This document shows, piece after piece, positions 56,788 through 64,000 of a stretch of 64,000 nucleotides of DNA. The notes beneath the pieces were generated by a model that did not search any database, was not told the DNA's origin, and was given only the letters and a program-made list of their open reading frames with translations. The DNA lies in NCBI GenBank assembly GCA_951406725.2, contig OX597837.1, forward strand, positions 43,214,001 through 43,278,000, read 5' to 3'. Origin of the DNA: Octopus vulgaris (Eukaryota). How positions within the stretch are numbered: position 1 is the stretch's first letter; each line of letters starts with the position of its first letter. Both the position numbers and the translations under genes were made by a program.

Positions 56788-56949
56788 GGCGGAGGAGTGG
56801 CTGTGTGGTAAGAAGCTTGCTTACCAGCCACATGGTTCCGAGTTCAGTCCCACTCCGTGGCACTTTGGGCAAGTATCTTTTACTATAGCCTCGAGCCGAC
56901 CAACGATTTATGAGTGGATTTGGCAAACGGAAACTGAAAGAAGCCCGTC

Positions 56950-57015
<66 letters not shown>

Positions 57016-57220
57016 CTATGATTGTATGTCTGTGTGTGTCCCCTCCAACATTGCTTGACAACAGATGCTGGTGTGTTTACGTCCCCGTCACTTAGCAGTT
57101 CGGCAAGAGAGACCGATAGAATAAGTACTAGGTTTACAAAGAATATGTCCTGGGGTAGATTTGCTCGACTAACGGAGGTGCACTAGCATGACAGCAGTCA
57201 AATGACTGAAACAAATAAAA

Positions 57221-57222
<2 letters not shown>
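56788..57222 (+). mobile_element. SINE family A, full length
   Basis: Head, B-box gagttcagtccc, core, internal (TA)n(TG)n and tail. Confidence 0.92.
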
Positions 57223-57252
<30 letters not shown>

Positions 57253-57260
<8 letters not shown>

Positions 57261-57565
57261 GGTGAATAAAAAGGAAAGAACATGCATGATAATCGATATA
57301 GCGTGTCCCGGTGACAACAGAATCAATGTGAAAGAAGAAAAAATAAACAACTATGACGATTTGCACTCAAATGCAAACATGGTTGAAAAAGATCGGCGCA
57401 AGTGTGATGGCAGAACAGCTACAGAAATCAGCATTGCTTGGAACTGCAAGAATTCTACGCAGGGTTTTGAAGCATGACCAATAAACAAGTGTCACTTTAG
57501 TTTGCTAGTTTTGGACAACTGACACTTCCCTCATACCCAGCAAAATAAACTGAATTTTCTTCACA
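57253..57565 (+). mobile_element. R4/Dong-like non-LTR retrotransposon 3' fragment (restriction-like endonuclease)
   Basis: IVVVNKKERTCMIIDIACPGDNRINVKEEKINNYDDL and, in another frame, LQKSALLGTARILRRVL; followed by (CAA)n/(TAA)n. Confidence 0.82.
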
Positions 57566-57693
57566 AAACAACAAAAACAACAACAACAACAACAACAAAA
57601 ACAACAACAACAACAACAACAACAATAATAGCAATAATAATAATGATATTAATAATAATAATGATATTAATAGTAATAATTAATAATAGTTTG

Positions 57694-57896
57694 TTTCAAA
57701 TATTGTCACAAGGGCAGCCATTTTGTGAGAGGGGCCAGTCGGCTACATGGACGCCAGTGTTTCACTGCGACTCAATTTATCGACCCCGAAAGGATAAAAG
57801 TCGACCTCGGCAGAATTTGAACTCAGAATGTAGTAATGGGCGAAATACGACTAAGCATTTTATCTAGCGTGCTAACGATTCTGCCAGCTCGCCGCC
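57694..57896 (-). mobile_element. SINE family B copy
   Basis: The minus strand starts ggcggcgagctggcagaatcgttagcacg; other minus copies at about 50535-50745 and 50775-50968. Confidence 0.8.
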
Positions 57897-57899
57897 TTA

Positions 57900-58235
<336 letters not shown>

Positions 58236-58569
58236 GCCAAGGGAAGCTGAGAAAAAAAAAAGGATTTTGAAACCAGAAATATAAATCATTGTCGGAATAG
58301 AACAACAATAACATCGTAACCAACAAAAACACTAACAAAAGAAGTATTGTAACAACAGCAACAACAATGAGAATAAGATCAATAAAGTAGCAAGTGATGA
58401 CAACGAAGTTAGGTGGAATGAAAAAAAAAACAACAACAGTAAAACAGCAATACATACAATGTGCCAAAAATAACACAAAAACTATAACGTCAACAAAGTC
58501 AAATCACTAATAAATAAGCAGTGATGACGAGGACATATACACACACATATACATACACATACATACATA

Positions 58570-58611
<42 letters not shown>

Positions 58612-58617
58612 TGTATA

Positions 58618-58808
58618 GGGAGAATTCACAAAAAAAAAAAAAAAAAGACGAAGACAGGTGGTATAGACAACTAACAGATGTATTAGTTTAACGTTCGGAA
58701 AGTGAAAAAAGTCTTTAAGGTTTCGAGCCTTCGCTCTTCCACAGAAAGGAACTCAGAAAGAAACAAGGAGAGAAAATAAAAAAATATGTGGTGGCTAGCG
58801 ATTTATCA
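58618..58808 (-). mobile_element. Short Penelope-like terminal fragment with HHR-like motif (58713-58748)
   Basis: Minus strand cttt-CTGTGGA-A-GAGC-gaag-GCTC-GAAACCTT-aaag; 3' end abuts (TA)n. Confidence 0.6.
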
Positions 58809-59605
58809 TACATGTGAATATATGCGTGTGCGTATATACGTACAAACACACACACGAAAACACACTTAGATACACACACTCACGAAAATATACAAAAACC
58901 TACGACTTCGTGCCCCCGATATATATATGTATATATATATCTAATTAAAGCAAAAAACGGAGAAAAACACATGAAAAACAACAACCCGAAGACGTGGCAA
59001 ATGGTCTTCCGTTTTTAGACGTTGAATGAGAGTTCTGAACAACGAGACAGATGATTTGTTTATAGTGATCTAAAGTTTGTGTTCATATAAGCCAACTCCC
59101 TCTATCAGCTCAACATTGCTTGTACAGGTTCACGACGAAACCATCGCAGAGCAAACGTAAAATGAACTGCTTTGCTCAAGTACGCGACGCAGCATCCAGT
59201 CTAGGAACTGAAATCACTATCACGCAATCGTGAATGTAACACTTTTATTTCTATGCCATATTTACATCCACGCATCTCTATACACATATATACGTATATA
59301 TAGATGTGTGTATATATATACTTAAGCATATGGCTATATGTATGTACACAGACAGAAAAAAAAAATATATGCATGTGTGTATGTTTGCCTTTGTGTTTTT
59401 GTGTCTGAGTACGTCCGCCACAAAAGCTTGACAAGCGGTGTTGGTGAGTTTATTTCCCTGTAACTTAGCAGTTCGGCAAAAGAAAACGATAGGATAAGTA
59501 TCAAGCTCAGCAAAAAAAAATTATGTACTGGGGTGGATTCATTCGACAAAAAATCTTTAAGGCGGTGCCCTAGCATGGCTGCAGACTAATGACTAAAACA
59601 AGTAA

Positions 59606-59638
<33 letters not shown>

Positions 59639-59642
<4 letters not shown>

Positions 59643-59853
59643 ATCCAAACAAGAAAGCACAAAAAAAACACAACAACGCGAGGACGTGGAACAAATATAG
59701 TATTATTGGACGCTCAGGAAAGAAGGGAAGAAGGAGAGTTTAACGTTTCGAGCGGAGCAGCTCTTCGTCGGAAACATAGGAGAAGGAAGGATCCAGAGAA
59801 GGGAAGACAGAGGAAAAAAAAATCGCCAACGGTACACATGAGGTCACATTTTG
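59639..59853 (-). mobile_element. Short Penelope-like terminal fragment with HHR-like motif (59738-59775)
   Basis: Minus strand gttt-CCGACGA-A-GAGC-tgctcc-GCTC-GAAACGTT-aaac; (TA)n on both sides; related end at about 58940-59000. Confidence 0.65.
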
Positions 59854-60839
59854 AAATATATATATGTAATAAACAAACGGACGGAGAGACATATACTAAA
59901 TGCACTGAAAGCACAGGCGAACGGAGAACAAAAACAGAAAGTCACCAATTTCTGATCAAATATCGGCAAAAGGTGTCGAGCGCAATTTCGTGCCATTATC
60001 GATAAACAAATGTATATTTACAGTGACATAGACACACACATGTACTTGTGTGTGTCTCTATTTGTTTTTACATATGGTATTACGTATTTTCTACATTTTT
60101 AATATATTTTAAAATATATTTTTCGTGAGGAGGAGAAGCAATGCCCCTACCAATACATGAGTGCTATGAGATTCGGAGGGAAGAGAGAGGAAGGCATGTT
60201 CAAACCGCACCGCTATATTGATTGTTTGCAACAAAGTGTATTCTGCTAAAGTCATGAAAAGTACTAAGTGGTAATATAAACCCGGGTGATGGATTAAGTC
60301 TACAACACAACTGGACCGGAAATGAAGCAAACTAAAGAAGCAAGCAAGGAAATATACCAAGTAGTGTAAATGACAGAAGCAAAAATTACAAATGTTAAAC
60401 AATGTCAAGAAGAGTAAGAAAAAAATTTCCCACCATATTCAACGGCAATAAACATCTTCAACAATAAACAGATAAATAACAACAATAACGACAACAAAAA
60501 TAAAAGAGCAACAAAAATGAAAAAAAGCAACAACAACAACAACAACAACAATTTGAGAAGAAAATGGTTGTGTCTCTGTTTTGTTGATGACCAATATTAA
60601 ACAACTGATTTATAATGGCTTCCAAATTTGTATGCAAGTGTTTGTTGATTGGGAAGTGAGATGGTGGGTTCGCGAGAAGAAACTGAAATGCGTCGAGAAG
60701 GTAACGATTTATACTTACTTACATACATTTAAATACATATGTCTATATGTATGACTATATGTGTGTGTGCGTTTGTGTGTGTACATAACAGTGGTGTGAC
60801 TCTCTTTATACTGTATATATATATATATATACATATATA

Positions 60840-61060
60840 TGTTTGTGTGTCGGTGTTTGTCTCCCTAGCATCGCTTGTCGACCGATGCTGGTATGTTTAC
60901 GTCCCCCTAACCTAACAGTTCGGCAAAAGAGACCGATAGAATAAGTACTAGGCTTACAAAGAATACGTTCTGGAGTCGATTTGCTCTACTAAAGGCGGTG
61001 CTCCAGCATGGCCGGAGTCAAATGACTGAAAGAAATAAAAGTATAAAACAGAGTAAAAGA
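60840..61060 (+). mobile_element. SINE family A 3' half
   Basis: Body and tail match family A. Confidence 0.88.
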
Positions 61061-61129
61061 GGATATATATATATGTGTGTGTGTGCGTGTGCATATGTAT
61101 ATGTATATATATATATATATATATATAAA

Positions 61130-61358
61130 CTCTTTACTCTCTCTTTTACGCTTTTACTTGTTTTAGTCATTTGACTGCGGCCAAGCTGGAGCACCGCCTT
61201 TAGTCGAGCAACTCGACCCAGGACTTATTCTTTGTAAGCCCAGTACTTATTCTATCGGTCTCTTTTGCCGAACCGCTAAGTGACGGGGACATAAACACAC
61301 TAGCATCGGTTGTCAAGCAATACTAGGGGGACAAACACAGACACACAAACACAAACAT

Positions 61359-61403
<45 letters not shown>

Positions 61404-61566
61404 CGACGGTCTTCTTACAGTTTCCGTCTACCAAATCCACTCACAAGGCTTTGGTCGCCCGGAAGTTATAGTAGAAGACACTTGCCCATGGTGCCACGCA
61501 GTGGTACTGAACCCGGAACCATGTGGTTGGTAAACAAGCTACTTACCACACAGCCACTCCTGCGCC
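61130..61566 (-). mobile_element. SINE family A, full length
   Basis: The minus strand runs from the ggcgcaggagtggctgtgtggtaagtagc head to the tail. Confidence 0.92.
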
Positions 61567-61586
61567 TATATATGTATGTATTTATG

Positions 61587-61640
<54 letters not shown>

Positions 61641-61932
61641 TATATATGTGTATATATGTATGTGTATATATATTCTTTCACATACAGATATAGAGGCAAA
61701 AAGAGATAGAGGAGAAGAGAGATGATGATGATATTGACGACGATGACGATGAAGATGATGATTTTTGTGATGGTGTTCCTGATGAGGATGCTGATGATGA
61801 TAAAATGTAAAGGGAAAAATATTACTAAATATGGAACCATATTCATGACTAAGATTTTTTTCTTAAAATAAGCATGAACACACACATATATTCATATACA
61901 TGTATGTATACACAGTGCACACTCATATATCT

Positions 61933-61973
<41 letters not shown>

Positions 61974-62172
61974 TTGCGTAGATTCCCCACCCCCATAAAA
62001 AAACGATGAGACATACACATAAATATATGCTTAGGATTTAACATAAATGTCATACAAATATATATTTTCATAAATATTTCTGTACATACACACAGAAAAA
62101 TCTTTCATATATGTAGACTATGTGCACAAACATATTTCCATATATGTTTACTTACATACATATATACATACA

Positions 62173-62240
<68 letters not shown>

Positions 62241-62288
62241 TATATATATACATATATTTATATATATGTATGTATGCATGTGTGTATG

Positions 62289-62320
<32 letters not shown>

Positions 62321-62843
62321 CATACATATATATAAATATATATATATACATATGTATGTATACAGCTGTTTCGTTAATTAAAAATAAATAGCTAGTAAAC
62401 CACATCAAACGTGATTGTATGCGAGTGTATGTGTGTACTTACTTACATACACACACATATACTTATAAACACAATGCATATATATAGACACACTTATATG
62501 AATGTGTGTATATGTATATATATATATATACATATATACAGATATATGTATGTATGTATATATATATATATATATATATAGATGATTGTATTTATATAAG
62601 TACTCACATACACGTATACATATCTCTCTCTCTACACACACACAGGCAAATATAGAATATAGAGATAGCACGAACAACTTTTCTTTAGTCACTTCTAAAA
62701 ATTCTCTAAACGGAAAATCAAAGATACGGCAAGTCGTATCTATCACTTGCCGTAATCTAAGCCATACACTTCTTGTAAATTTACAGATTTATTCTTGGTA
62801 TTCGTCTAGGATTAACACTGCGCAGTTAACATTCTATTTGTTT

Positions 62844-62948
<105 letters not shown>

Positions 62949-62951
62949 GTA

Positions 62952-62992
<41 letters not shown>

Positions 62993-63015
62993 GTATGTAA
63001 GTATATATATTTATA

Positions 63016-63389
63016 CTAGCAGTATCGCCCGGCGTTGCTCGGGTTTGTTTCGACACTTCAGAATCGCAATTTTTGAAAAGTAAAAATTTTGCATTATGTA
63101 GCTTGTTATTTTCTTTAAGTGAACATTTTTCTGGTTGAAATACACCGAAAAATAAGGACACAGCAGTCAAAAAATCGTACAAAATAGGGATTATCATAGA
63201 AAAAAGCACCTTTTTGATGTAAATAATTTTGGGTCTTAACATGGTCCGATTTGAATTTTATCTGCTACGGAATGAAGAGCAAGTCTTCTTCTATCATACT
63301 CTCAATTTTGGTCAACTTGCGCCGCAGGGTCTTGGAGGAGATAGTGTTAGTTGAAGGCTACCAAACCTGCCACACACAGACAACTTCCG

Positions 63390-63402
<13 letters not shown>
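63016..63402 (-). mobile_element. Non-autonomous Helitron with the same 3' end but a different body
   Basis: The minus strand ends acaaacccgagcaacgccgggcgatactgCTAG|T, identical to the ends at 10652 and 55450; the 5' end merges into (TA)n. Confidence 0.78.
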
Positions 63403-63426
<24 letters not shown>

Positions 63427-63427
<1 letters not shown>

Positions 63428-63655
63428 TTTATTTTAAGCAGCAGAAAATTCAACAAAATCTGTTACTCTGAGTTTTTCGTTGCCGTTCATCAGACAGTTT
63501 TTGCTAAAAAACTGTCTGATGAACGGCAACGAGAAACTCAGAGTAACAGATTTTGTTGAATTTTCTGCTGCTTAAAATAAAGCATATTACTCTACCACTG
63601 GTATTTGAGTACTCTTTTTTCCACCTTGTTTCACATTTATGTGTTTACTCCGGTC
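63427..63655 (+). mobile_element. Penelope-like fold-back insertion in (TA)n
   Basis: 76-bp arms (63427-63502 and 63507-63582, one mismatch seen), 4-nt spacer, 3' extension similar to 4190-4255. Confidence 0.78.
63512..63549 (+). ncRNA. Minimal type I hammerhead ribozyme motif
   Basis: ctgt-CTGATGA-a-cg-GCAA-cg-a-GAAAC-tcaga-GTA-acag: 4-bp helix I, GNRA-capped helix II, short helix III; positions 10.1/11.1 are an atypical A/A. Confidence 0.68.
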
Positions 63656-64000
63656 TATATATATATATATGTAGAATACGTCACCTGGAAGTGATCTGGA
63701 TGAAAAACAGTTTGTTCTCGTGTAGTTTATGTAGAACTTCGCCGAGTTGAAATTGGAAGTGAATCAATGCTTTCGCAGTTTGTATTATTTTAAATATAAA
63801 AATTCACTAAAGCGATTATTAAGAAAGAGAAAAATTTGGATGGGTTTGCAAAGGCAAACAGATGTTTGGGTGTTGTTGAAAAGATCTCAATGTGACACAT
63901 TTCGATTCCGGTGCGTGTATATTGGGCGTGTGTATTCGTGTGTAACCTTGGGCAAGTGTTTTTACTATAACAATGGGCCGAGCTAACCATTGAGGCAAAC

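Noticed and set aside
60126-60249. Peptide YMSAMRFGGKR resembling an RFamide precursor site
   Set aside because: Single site with GGKR rather than GKR, no signal peptide, weak splice context; likely chance.

Overview
AT-rich, microsatellite-saturated eukaryotic DNA whose repeat content resembles a coleoid cephalopod (Octopus-like) intron or intergenic region; the taxon is inferred, not proven. I cannot support any intact host protein-coding gene, and nearly every ORF in the track is a translated simple repeat. The window is a mosaic of transposable elements. These include at least 3 tRNA-headed SINE families, 4 non-autonomous Helitron-like elements, mariner and hAT elements and MITEs, and decayed RTE, CR1/L2-like, R4/Dong-like and Penelope-like (Naiad-type) retroelements. 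The most interesting layer is a set of short elements sitting in (TA)n tracts that are built as fold-back inverted repeats and/or carry minimal hammerhead-ribozyme (HHR) motifs. The clearest are a spacer-less 551-bp near-perfect palindrome at 40391-40941 with an intact HHR core in each arm, and a 156-bp fold-back with an HHR at 63427-63582. A decayed Penelope-like RT/GIY-YIG element with an in-frame TGA at a conserved Cys is also present. All calls come from reading by eye; boundaries of degenerate elements are approximate.
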